NCBI GenBank assembly: GCA_040954595.2
Contig: CM082587.2
Span: 5,320,206-5,384,205, forward strand
Direction: 5' to 3'
Length of the DNA stretch: 64,000 nt
Origin: Balanoglossus misakiensis
Taxonomy: Eukaryota > Animalia > Hemichordata
Shown here in pieces: positions 40,487 to 52,884 of the stretch (positions are counted from its first letter, which is position 1; the number at the start of each line of letters is the position of its first letter). Under the pieces are notes generated by a model that was not told the origin of the DNA, made no database searches, and saw only the letters and a program-made list of their open reading frames with translations. A program made the position numbers and the translations under genes.

Positions 40487-43400
40487 TCATATTTGATGGA
40501 AAATTTCTTCTGTCTCCCTGTCTTCGAACATCTGGATACACTTCCTCAGTTCATCTGGTTCAACTTTGCCCTGGTCTATTTTCACCAACACTTCGTTGAC
40601 CGCCGCCATGTCGACATCAGACAAGTCCTCCTCCCGTGTGTCTGTGATCAGCTCTTTTAAAGTGTCTATGCCGTCGTGGATGTCGTCCGTGGTCTTGAAT
40701 CGGTCGAGTGTGGACACTTTGACAGCGAATGTGAATCGAGCGCCTGGAATTATGACGCAACAAATATAATGTGTAACAGAGTGATGGGAATATGGGTCAG
40801 TGATGGAAATAAATACACGATGTGCCGTCATCATGACTTTCTCCTTCGTGTCTGCAAGTAAAGCGTGCTACATGATTGTTTTTCATTTTACCAGACTTTG
40901 CTCGCTCGTAATGGAAATAAAGATTTGAACACAATTAATTATAGTGTTCATACACGTTATATCACTGCGTGCCTGTTTGGTAGGTACATATGTTTAAAAC
41001 ATAATGTACACTTCCACCTAAGCCAATATCAGGGAAGCGTGTCATCGTCTGGAAAAGATTAGTATCAAAATGACCTCATCCATATAACCTGACCCAAGCC
41101 AGTAAATAACGACATTGTGTCCTTACTGTCTGTCAGGAAAATGCACTTTGCTAGCCCACTACTCACACCACTTTGGCCTTCCCCTCGTTATCCCTGAAAT
41201 ATTTGGAAGCCCGTGAAGATTTTCATGAGCTATAAGGCTGCATTCACAAACACCTCTGGAGGGGGGGGCAGGAGAATTGAGGGGGGGGGGATTTGAAAAA
41301 ATTGAGGGTATGTAAGGGGGGGATTTGAAATAATTTAGGGACTGAAAGGGGGGGACTTGAAAACTTTAACGACTAAATATTTATTTTGAGTCCACAAAAA
41401 TGCAGTTTCGCGCCCTTTATTTTACAAAATTTTCTAATGTGGGAGGGGGACACCCCCTCCCACACCCACCCCCTCCATTCATCAACACCTTTCAATCATT
41501 GACTGGTTTATCTAGTGTCCCAGATCAGGGGACTTGCCCCACCCCATGATAACTTTGAGCGGCGACGGTTAAATTTCTCCTCCCCAACATACCGGTAGTT
41601 GAGTTAATTTGCTTTTGCCGGGTTCATTAAAATGCAACTTTGAGCTCTGTATTTTAGAAAATTTTCTTACGTGGGAGGGGGACACCCCCTCCCAAACCCA
41701 CCCCCTTCAATTCTCGGTTTACAATGTCTCCCAACACAGAATACAAATATATGTACTTAAAAAATAAAAACAATGTTCAGTTTTAATACCCACTGATGAG
41801 GGGAAAAATCAGCTTCAAATTCTTTTCATGGGAGCGCTGTTTTTCTTTTTACAAGATAGATAGGTGATGTGTTTTGCTCTGTGAAAGAAAATGGGGGGGG
41901 GGGATTTCAAAATTTTGGCAGTTCGGAAGGGGGGGATTTGAAAATATTGGCAGTTCGGAAGGGGGGCATGTGAAAATTAGCGGTAAAAAAAATTGAATTC
42001 TCCCGCCCCCCCCCCTCCAGAGGTGTTTGTGAATGCAGCCTAACCCATGGTTTTTGTCGGAAAATCACCAAATTTTGAAAAATCGCAAAGTCGAAAAATC
42101 GTCGATTTCTGAAGATTTTCATGAGCTATAACCCATGGTTTTTGTCGGAAAATCACCAAATTTTGAAAAATCGCAAAGTCGAAAAATCGTCGATTTCTGA
42201 AGATTTTCATGAGCTATAACCCATGGTTTTTGTCGGAAAATGACTAAATTTTGAAAATTCGCAAAGTCGAAAAATCGTCGATTTCTGAAGATTTTCATGA
42301 GCTATAACCCATGGTTTTTGTCGGAAAATCACCAAATTTTGAAAATTCGCAAAGTCGAAAAATCGTCGATTTCTGAAGATTTTCATGAGCTATAACCCAT
42401 GGTTTTTGTCGGAAAATCACCAAATTTTGAAAATTCGCAATGTCGAAAAATCGTCGATTTCTGAAGATTTTCATGAGCTATAACCCATGGTTTTTGTCGG
42501 AAAATCACCAAATTTTGAAAAATCGCAAAGTCGAAAAATCGTCGATTTCTGAAGATTTTCATGAGCTATAACCCATGGTTTTTGTCGGAAAATCACCAAA
42601 TTTTGAAAATTCGCAAAGTCGAAAAATCGTCGATTTCTGAAGATTTTCATGAGCTATAACCCATGGTTTTTGTCGGAAAATCACCAAATTTTGAAAATTC
42701 GCAAAGTCGAAAAATCGTCGATTTCTGAAGATTTTCATGAGCTATAACCCATGGTTTTTGTCGGAAAATCACCAAATTTTGAAAATTCGCAAAGTCGAAA
42801 AATCGTCGATTTCTGAAGATTTTCATGAGCTATAACCCATGGTTTTTGTCGGAAAATCACCAAATTTTGAAAATTCGCAAAGTCGAAAAATCGTCGATTT
42901 CTGAAGATTTTCATGAGCTATAACCCATGGTTTTTGTCGGAAAATGACTAAATTTTGAAAATTCGCAAAGTCGAAAAATCGTCGATTTCTGAAGATTTTC
43001 ATGAGCTATAACCCATGGTTTTTGTCGGAAAATCACCAAATTTTGAAAAATCGCAAAGTCGAAAAATCGTCGATTTCTGAAGATTTTCATGAGCTATAAC
43101 CCATGGTTTTTGTCGGAAAATCACCAAATTTTGAAAATTCGCAATGTCGAAAAATCGTCGATTTCTGAAGATTTTCATGAGCTATAACCCATGGTTTTTG
43201 TCGGAAAATCACCAAATTTTGAAAAATCGCAAAGTCGAAAAATCGTCGATTTCTGAAGATTTTCATGAGCTATAACCCATGGTTTTTGTCGGAAAATCAC
43301 CAAATTTTGAAAATTCGCAAAGTCGAAAAATCGTCGATTTCTGAAGATTTTCATGAGCTATAACCCATGGTTTTTGTCGGAAAATCACCAAATTTTGAAA

Positions 43401-46400
43401 ATTCGCAAAGTCGAAAAATCGTCGATTTCTGAAGATTTTCATGAGCTATAACCCATGGTTTTTGTCGGAAAATCACCAAATTTTGAAAATTCGCAAAGTC
43501 GAAAAATCGTCGATTTCTGAAGATTTTCATGAGCTATAACCCATGGTTTTTGTCGGAAAATCACCAAATTTTGAAAATTCGCAAAGTCGAAAAATCGTCG
43601 ATTTCTGAAGATTTTCATGAGCTATAACCCATGGTTTTTGTCGGAAAATGACTAAATTTTGAAAATTCGCAAAGTCGAAAAATCGTCGATTTCTGAAGAT
43701 TTTCATGAGCTATAACCCATGGTTTTTGTCGGAAAATCACCAAATTTTGAAAAATCGCAAAGTCGAAAAATCGTCGATTTCTGAAGATTTTCATGAGCTA
43801 TAACCCATGGTTTTTGTCGGAAAATCACCAAATTTTGAAAAATCGCAAAGTCGAAAAATCGTCGATTTCTGAAGATTTTCATGAGCTATAACCCATGGTT
43901 TTTGTCGGAAAATCACCAAATTTTGAAAATTCGCAATGTCGAAAAATCGTCGATTTCTGAAGATTTTCATGAGCTATAACCCATGGTTTTTGTCGGAAAA
44001 TCACCAAATTTTGAAAATTCGCAAAGTCGAAAAATCGTCGATTTCTGAAGATTTTCATGAGCTATAACCCATGGTTTTTGTCGGAAAATCACCAAATTTT
44101 GAAAATTCGCAAAGTCGAAAAATCGTCGATTTCTGAAGATTTTCATGAGCTATAACCCATGGTTTTTGTCGGAAAATCACCAAATTTTGAAAATTCGCAA
44201 AGTCGAAAAATCGTCGATTTCTGAAGATTTTCATGAGCTATAACCCATGGTTTTTGTCGGAAAATCACCAAATTTTGAAAATTCGCAATGTCGAAAAATC
44301 GTCGATTTCTGAAGATTTTCATGAGCTATAACCCATGGTTTTTGTCGGAAAATCACCAAATTTTGAAAATTCGCAAAGTCGAAAAATCGTCGATTTCTGA
44401 AGATTTTCATGAGCTATAACCCATGGTTTTTGTCGGAAAATCACCAAATTTTGAAAATTCGCAATGTCGAAAAATCGTCGATTTCTGAAGATTTTCATGA
44501 GCTATAACCCATGGTTTTTGTCGGAAAATCACCAAATTTTGAAAAATCGCAAAGTCGAAAAATCGTCGATTTCTGAAGATTTTCATGAGCTATAACCCAT
44601 GGTTTTTGTCGGAAAATCACCAAATTTTGAAAATTCGCAAAGTCGAAAAATCGTCGATTTCTGAAGATTTTCATGAGCTATAACCCATGGTTTTTGTCGG
44701 AAAATCACCAAATTTTGAAAATTCGCAAAGTCGAAAAATCGTCGATTTCTGAAGATTTTCATGAGCTATAACCCATGGTTTTTGTCGGAAAATCACCAAA
44801 TTTTGAAAATTCGCAAAGTCGAAAAATCGTCGATTTCTGAAGATTTTCATGAGCTATAACCCATGGTTTTTGTCGGAAAATCACCAAATTTTGAAAATTC
44901 GCAAAGTCGAAAAATCGTCGATTTCTGAAGATTTTCATGAGCTATAACCCATGGTTTTTGTCGGAAAATGACTAAATTTTGAAAATTCGCAAAGTCGAAA
45001 AATCGTCGATTTCTGAAGATTTTCATGAGCTATAACCCATGGTTTTTGTCGGAAAATCACCAAATTTTGAAAAATCGCAAAGTCGAAAAATCGTCGATTT
45101 CTGAAGATTTTCATGAGCTATAACCCATGGTTTTTGTCGGAAAATCACCAAATTTTGAAAAATCGCAAAGTCGAAAAATCGTCGATTTCTGAAGATTTTC
45201 ATGAGCTATAACCCATGGTTTTTGTCGGAAAATCACCAAATTTTGAAAATTCGCAATGTCGAAAAATCGTCGATTTCTGAAGATTTTCATGAGCTATAAC
45301 CCATGGTTTTTGTCGGAAAATCACCAAATTTTGAAAATTCGCAAAGTCGAAAAATCGTCGATTTCTGAAGATTTTCATGAGCTATAACCCATGGTTTTTG
45401 TCGGAAAATCACCAAATTTTGAAAAATCGCAAAGTCGAAAAATCGTCGATTTCTGAAGATTTTCATGAGCTATAACCCATGGTTTTTGTCGGAAAATCAC
45501 CAAATTTTGAAAATTCGCAATGTCGAAAAATCGTCGATTTCTGAAGATTTTCATGAGCTATAACCCATGGTTTTTGTCGGAAAATCACCAAATTTTGAAA
45601 ATTCGCAATGTCGAAAAATCGTCGATTTCTGAAGATTTTCATGAGCTATAACCCATGGTTTTTGTCGGAAAATCACCAAATTTTGAAAATTCGCAAAGTC
45701 GAAAAATCGTCGATTTCTGAAGATTTTCATGAGCTATAACCCATGGTTTTTGTCGGAAAATCACCAAATTTTGAAAATTCGCAAAGTCGAAAAATCGTCG
45801 ATTTCTGAAGATTTTCATGAGCTATAACCCATGGTTTTTGTCGGAAAATCACCAAATTTTGAAAATTCGCAAAGTCGAAAAATCGTCGATTTCTGAAGAT
45901 TTTCATGAGCTATAACCCATGGTTTTTGGTCGGAAAATCACCAAATTTTGAAAATTCGCAAAGTCGAAAAATCGTCGATTTCTGAAGATTTTCATGAGCT
46001 ATAACCCATGGTTTTTGTCGGAAAATCACCAAATTTTGAAAATTCGCAATGTCGAAAAATCGTCGATTTCTGAAGATTTTCATGAGCTATAACCCATGGT
46101 TTTTGTCGGAAAATCACCAAATTTTGAAAATTCGCAATGTCGAAAAATCGTCGATTTCTGAAGATTTTCATGAGCTATAACCCATGGTTTTTGTCGGAAA
46201 ATCACCAAATTTTGAAAATTCGCAAAGTCGAAAAATCGTCGATTTCTGAAGATTTTCATGAGCTATAACCCATGGTTTTTGTCGGAAAATCACCAAATTT
46301 TGAAAATTCGCAAAGTCGAAAAATCGTCGATTTCTGAAGATTTTCATGAGCTATAACCCATGGTTTTTGTCGGAAAATCACCAAATTTTGAAAATTCGCA

Positions 46401-49400
46401 AAGTCGAAAAATCGTCGATTTCTGAAGATTTTCATGAGCTATAACCCATGGTTTTTGTCGGAAAATCACCAAATTTTGAAAATTCGCAAAGTCGAAAAAT
46501 CGTCGATTTCTGAAGATTTTCATGAGCTATAACCCATGGTTTTTGTCGGAAAATCACCAAATTTTGAAAATTCGCAAAGTCGAAAAATCGTCGATTTCTG
46601 AAGATTTTCATGAGCTATAACCCATGGTTTTTGTCGGAAAATCACCAAATTTTGAAAATTCGCAATGTCGAAAAATGGTCGATTTCTGAAGATTTTCATG
46701 AGCTATAACCCATGGTTTTTGTCGGAAAATCACCAAATTTTGAAAATTCGCAAAGTCGAAAAATCGTCGATTTCTGAAGATTTTCATGAGCTATAACCCA
46801 TGGTTTTTGTCGGAAAATCACCAAATTTTGAAAAATCGCAAAGTCGAAAAATCGTCGATTTCTGAAGATTTTCATGAGCTATAACCCATGGTTTTTGTCG
46901 GAAAATCACCAAATTTTGAAAATTCGCAAAGTCGAAAAATCGTCGATTTCTGAAGATTTTCATGAGCTATAACCCATGGTTTTTGTCGGAAAATCACCAA
47001 ATTTTGAAAATTCGCAAAGTCGAAAAATCGTCGATTTCTGAAGATTTTCATGAGCTATAACCCATGGTTTTTGTCGGAAAATCACCAAATTTTGAAAATT
47101 CGCAAAGTCGAAAAATCGTCGATTTCTGAAGATTTTCATGAGCTATAACCCATGGTTTTTGTCGGAAAATCACCAAATTTTGAAAATTCGCAATGTCGAA
47201 AAATCGTCGATTTCTGAAGATTTTCATGAGCTATAACCCATGGTTTTTGTCGGAAAATCACCAAATTTTGAAAATTCGCAAAGTCGAAAAATCGTCGATT
47301 TCTGAAGATTTTCATGAGCTATAACCCATGGTTTTTGTCGGAAAATCACCAAATTTTGAAAATTCGCAATGTCGAAAAATCGTCGATTTCTGAAGATTTT
47401 CATGAGCTATAACCCATGGTTTTTGTCGAAAAATCACCAAATTTTGAAAATTCGCAATGTCGATTTCTGAAGATTTTCATGAGCTATAACCCATGGTTTT
47501 TGTCGGAAAATCACCAAATTTTGAAAATTCGCAAAGTCGAAAAATCGTCGATTTCTGAAGATTTTCATGAGCTATAACCCATGGTTTTTGTCGGAAAATC
47601 ACCAAATTTTGAAAATTCGCAATGTCGAAAAATCGTCGATTTCTGAAGATTTTCATGAGCTATAACCCATGGTTTTTGTCGGAAAATCACCAAATTTTGA
47701 AAAATCGCAAAGTCGAAAAATCGTCGATTTCTGAAGATTTTCATGAGCTATAACCCATGGTTTTTGTCGGAAAATCACCAAATTTTGAAAATTCGCAAAG
47801 TCGAAAAATCGTCGATTTCTGAAGATTTTCATGAGCTATAACCCATGGTTTTTGTCGGAAAATCACCAAATTTTGAAAATTCGCAATGTCGAAAAATCGT
47901 CGATTTCTGAAGATTTTCATGAGCTATAACCCATGGTTTTTGTCGGAAAATCACCAAATTTTGAAAATTCGCAAAGTCGAAAAATCGTCGATTTCTGAAG
48001 ATTTTCATGAGCTATAACCCATGGTTTTTGTCGGAAAATCACCAAATTTTGAAAATTCGCAATGTCGAAAAATCGTCGATTTCTGAAGATTTTCATGAGC
48101 TATAACCCATGGTTTTTGTCGAAAAATCACCAAATTTTGAAAATTCGCAATGTCGATTTCTGAAGATTTTCATGAGCTATAACCCATGGTTTTTGTCGGA
48201 AAATCACCAAATTTTGAAAATTCGCAAAGTCGAAAAATCGTCGATTTCTGAAGATTTTCATGAGCTATAACCCATGGTTTTTGTCGGAAAATCACCAAAT
48301 TTTGAAAATTCGTAATGTCGAAAAATCGTCGATTTCTGAAGATTTTCATGAGCTATAACCCATGGTTTTTGTCGGAAAATCACCAAATTTTGAAAAATCG
48401 CAAAGTCGAAAAATCGTCGATTTCTGAAGATTTTCATGAGCTATAACCCATGGTTTTTGTCGGAAAATCACCAAATTTTGAAAATTCGCAATGTCGAAAA
48501 ATCGTCGATTTCTGAAGATTTTCATGAGCTATAACCCATGGTTTTTGTCGGAAAATCACCAAATTTTGAAAATTCGCAAAGTCGAAAAATCGTCGATTTC
48601 TGAAGATTTTCATGAGCTATAACCCATGGTTTTTGTCGGAAAATCACCAAATTTTGAAAATTCGCAGAGTCGAAAAATCGTCGAATTCTGAAGATTTTCA
48701 TGAGATATAACCCATGGTTTTTGTCGGAAAATGACCAAATTTTGAAAATTCCCGAAGTCGAAAAATCGTCGATTTTTGAAATCATGCATCTGACACAGTA
48801 ATGGCTTAGAATGAGTTTAAGTTAGAAGCATGGTAGAATTTCAACCAGAGGGGCTACACACCCTACTCGAATTTATTAAATTACCCCCCCCCCCTAAAAA
48901 TACAAACATTTGGAAGCTCTTGAAACTTTTACATACCATTTATCAGCGAGCTAGGTGGCCTTGCTGAATGCGGTATAGCACAGTTAAACACTGCTATCCG
49001 TCCATACTTGGGCTTAATTGCCAGCACTGGTTCCAACATCTCATCAAAGAAGACAGTCTCTCCGTAATATTCCACCTGCAAGAGAAGGGAAACTCACCAA
49101 AGATGAGGGAAAAGTTACAGAAATAAATTTCCAATCTTTGATAAAAAAGGCCATAATCTTATTACCTTCCAATCTTTGTTCAGGTACAACAAGAATGTGT
49201 ACTCATCATCTGAGTGGCTGCAGTCCAGGTGAATTTTACTGTGATCAGAACCCCGGATGAGATTGCAGGTGACATCATAGGGCATGTGTCCCGTCTCACC
49301 AGTCACAAATTCAATCAGTTGCTGGGCAACCGCCCAAATGTTGGTCTTCACAAATGTGTGCAGGTGGTAACCTAAAAAAAAAAAACATTTAAAAACGTTA

Positions 49401-50575
49401 TTAAGTTGGTCAGAGTGTTTGTACCAATTTATTGTAAAATCGGAAGGGGGTTTAAAATATAAAAGTGTGTATATTTTAAGTTTTCACTTATACTTTCGAT
49501 ACTTTATAAGTCGTCAAAAATTTCCACCATCGGTATATACCACCCCGTGTGTTATGTTTACGCAGTTGCATGTGTGTAAGCACGTACCTGATACCCAGTA
49601 CACGTTGTCTGAATGTTCTCCGGGTTCGCTGTCTTGGTAGGTTGCGTTGGCAACGATAAAATCCACAAATGCGTCCACTATCGACTTCTCAAGAGCGCCA
49701 TCGAAGACATGCACACCCATGCCGCCGCTCAAAGAGACCTGCTTCACTAAGAAATCCGCGGGATTTATTTGCCTGGCCTTCCCGTAAAACACTGCCGGAA
49801 AGCCGTGTTCAATTTCTGAAAGTTTCGCGAAGAATTCGTCCTCTTTGATGCGCTCGGTCTTCTCGGCGTCTTGACTCGTTTGATCGGACCTGGTTGCTCT
49901 GACAACCAATACTTTATGTCCTCCGTTTGAGTCGATAGAAGGCGGTTTGACTTGGTAACTAGTCGGACAAGATGCGATGACGATTCGCCCAGGTTTTGGA
50001 TGAACCACTTCGTGTGTCGCTGTGGGACCATGCAACTGTACTCCACCGTAATCGTTTTTCTCATACTTTGAATTCAGAAACACAAAGGCAACGACTTCAT
50101 TTTCATCCACACAGCTCTGCATGATGGTTTGATCCGTTCTCCACATGCCAATCGCTTTCACTTCTCGAAGGTAAAAAGTGTCCCCCGTTCTTTCGGCGAG
50201 AAGTTCTCCAAGAAGGTGCCAAGTTTTAGTCCTCTTGAAATGATGGATTGGAAACCGGACTACCCACGGGGAGATGGCGACTTCGTTGCGGTTTGATCTT
50301 TGCTCCGTTAGGCTACCTTCCAACCCACGAAATGTAAAATGTCGATTCTGATCGACATCGAAATCCCAGAACAGGTAATACGATATATATCGGTTGAGAT
50401 ATCTCAGCCTGGTTGCGGGGAAAGTTTGGTCGAAGACTTCGGTCCAACTCAGGGTGTTGGAGTCCAGTGCAACGATGCGTCCTTCCTCTTCTTCTGCGCA
50501 GATGGCCATAGTCTTTGCAAACAGCAACGGGACGAGGAACGCAACATGGCTGTACAGCATCATCAGTGGCTTCAT
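40487..50575 (-). CDS. Signal-peptide protein with tandem 2OG-Fe(II) oxygenase-like domains (paralog B)
   Basis: Exons 50575-49588, 49371-49166, 49075-48937, 40743-40487. Same exon structure and motifs as paralog A; intron 3 is expanded to about 8.2 kb by the satellite and MITE. Confidence 0.85.
41236..42040. mobile_element. 805-bp non-autonomous PIF/Harbinger-type MITE with TAA target-site duplication
   Basis: taa|GGCTGCATTCACAAACACCTCTGGAGGGGGGG ... CCCCCCCTCCAGAGGTGTTTGTGAATGCAGCC|taa; subterminal GGGGGGATTTGAAA repeats; internal direct repeat of about 75 bp (41397-41473 and 41629-41705); no transposase ORF. Confidence 0.88.
42041..48784. repeat. 88-bp tandem satellite array, about 77 near-identical units
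   Basis: Unit TAACCCATGGTTTTTGTCGGAAAATCACCAAATTTTGAAAATTCGCAAAGTCGAAAAATCGTCGATTTCTGAAGATTTTCATGAGCTA; a partial first unit lies at 41214-41235, left of the MITE. Confidence 0.98.
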
Positions 50576-51582
50576 GTTTGCATCAGGATGTCATCTTCCT
50601 AAGTTCAAAACTCCAGAAAGTATTACAACGTGGTCCAAATCCGAATCTGAATGTGATCACACGCAAGGACAAACCTAGATATCTGTATTTCAACGACTGT
50701 AAACCCCATACATGTATGAGCATAGATGTACCGCTGAAAACTGTCACACAATGCCCAACAACGCCCCTGCTGATCCCCTGATCAAAAACAGACATCCACT
50801 ACGTGCTAGGCCAAAGTGCGTGACGCTATCAGTCAAAAACATCGACAAACATTCGAAATCTTACACCGGGTCGCGTGTCAAATATGTCATTTTGAAAACA
50901 GGGAATACATTTTTATTTTCGAGTTATAAGTGAGAGTTCAATAGTACCAAATTGATGTGAATAATATTTTTTTCATTGCTTGAGAAACATTACTGAATTC
51001 GCTAATCAACAAACCTATGTGAAATCATAACTGGAATTTTGTATGATAATATTTCTCATCATTATGTCACTGACTGTAAATGATCAACGCAGTTGTCTTT
51101 TCTGACGCGACCTTTGGTATATAAAGTCCCGACTGCGTAATAAGTCCAGTTTTAAAATCTCTTCCGTCATTGTCACGATGACATCCCCTGAGCATTGTTG
51201 AACTCCAATGCTGGCAAGACCAAAATACCAATTGCAAAGCCATTTCTTGCAGTGAAGCTGTCGATCATAAATTATTGTCACCACCCAGAGCTACGCCTAT
51301 ATAGCCTATATTCGATGAAATGACGAGCTAGAGTCAGAAGGGTCGAATAGAAGTTCGAATACGAACGATCACTCGTGCTAAAAAGTATACATCAGGCCAC
51401 AGACCCATAGGGCCTATGGTGAAAAACAAAAGTCAGTCAATTTCTCAACCCCCACCAGATTTGAAATGGTCCATCCCTTTCTCGTCTGAAACATACATTG
51501 GAGTAGAGCGTTTATTCAACGGACCGGACCAACGAACAGCGGGTCATTGGAGTAGCGACGCACCAACAAACAGTGGGTCAAG

Positions 51583-52884
51583 ATGGCGGACCTTTCAGGC
51601 CTGCTTTCGCTCTTTTCTGTGCTGATGGTAAGTTTTCTACGTAACACCGTGTTTAAAAGTATCGTTCGTTTGGCGGCGAATCAAACCAAAGCGATATGCG
51701 AATTCTCTGCTATTTAACCGTTCAAAAGAACAATGCTGCTTGCTCTTTTCCGTGAAGGGAGTAACCGGAAATGGTGGTGTTGACCAACTTGCAATCACGG
51801 CATTGGAAGAATTCATGGTAACGTGTTGTGGGGACACGTCAGCAGTTCGGTAAAACTCGGGAAGCTTGAGACATTCTTCAGAATAGAAACGAAATTATAG
51901 AAATACGCATTAACATGGATTGTGTTTTGAAATCACAACCAGAGTCACAGACAGTAAACCCACTTGTTCGTTTCCCCCCAGCTGTTTGTCATCAGCAAGT
52001 GTGAGCTGACCGCAGAGCAGTGTAGAGATCTTGGATTCTCTTCAAATCTTTTCTGCAGTTCTTGCAAAGATCTCCAGCAGTTTCAATTGGGTGTTTTACA
52101 AGACAGCTGTCTCCAGTGTTGTCAACATGACGATGATGGCGGCGATGTACAGAAGGTAGGGGTTTTTATGACGTAGTATGTAACAGTAACCATTCAACTT
52201 TAGTGTGTGAAACTCATTTTCAAGTTCAACAACAAATATATCATGCATCTTGTTTTATTGACAGATGTATGAATCAGCCATCATTGAAGTATGTAGCTGA
52301 AAGATAGGAAGATATCCACAAATCCAGGGTGAGACATCACTTTATTCCATCAAAGGCTGAATGTACAGATGCACTGTAGTTGGGTTCATATCAGTTGCTG
52401 GCCCTTTTGAGAAAAGATGTAGTGAAGACCTTACTATGGGAATATATTTCTTGGTGAACAGGAAGGAGAATTTCTTGAATAATACATATTTGTGATTTTA
52501 CTTTGCAGCATTTATAAAAAGTGACAGGCCAAAACAATTTCAGAGTCTCAAAATCAAGGTAAGTCATATACTAACTTTTTGCCCATAATACTAGCAACTC
52601 ATGAAGTCATTGATGGTGTGTTAATGATGCCTCAGCCAGTCTGTGTGAAATGAACATCTCGTTGGCTGGTCAGTCTAGGCTTTTATTTGAAAGTTCGCAA
52701 TGTAGCAAAGCCAGCTTCATCACCTCCTTTGTTTTTGGCCATTTGTCATTCGCAGTACAAAAAGGGCCAAGACCCAGTGTTGAAGTTTCTGAACGAGAAC
52801 CACGAAGTGGAGGATACCCTCAGCATCGACAAGTGGAATACGGACACCATACAGGAATTCCTACAAGAGAAGCTACGCAAGTAA
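51583..52884 (+). CDS. SELENOF: Selenoprotein F (Sep15) with in-frame Sec UGA
   Basis: Exons 51583-51627, 51982-52155, 52265-52328, 52509-52558, 52756-52884. Signal peptide, Cys-rich CRDLGFSSNLFCSSC..CLQCCQ, AIIEVCS-U(TGA 52298-52300)-KIGRYPQIQAF, DPVLK..LSIDKWNTDTIQEFL. Confidence 0.95.

Noticed and set aside
42041-48784. Possible CRISPR-like array
   Set aside because: Units are contiguous and near-identical with no unique spacers; no cas genes; eukaryotic intronic context. It is a satellite.
41907-48785. ORFs at the satellite edges
   Set aside because: Translations of satellite and MITE sequence with no protein-like features.
37532-50575. 2OG-dependent halogenase hypothesis for the tandem oxygenases
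   Set aside because: Halogenases of this class replace the Asp of HxD with Ala or Gly; both paralogs keep HLD, consistent with hydroxylases.
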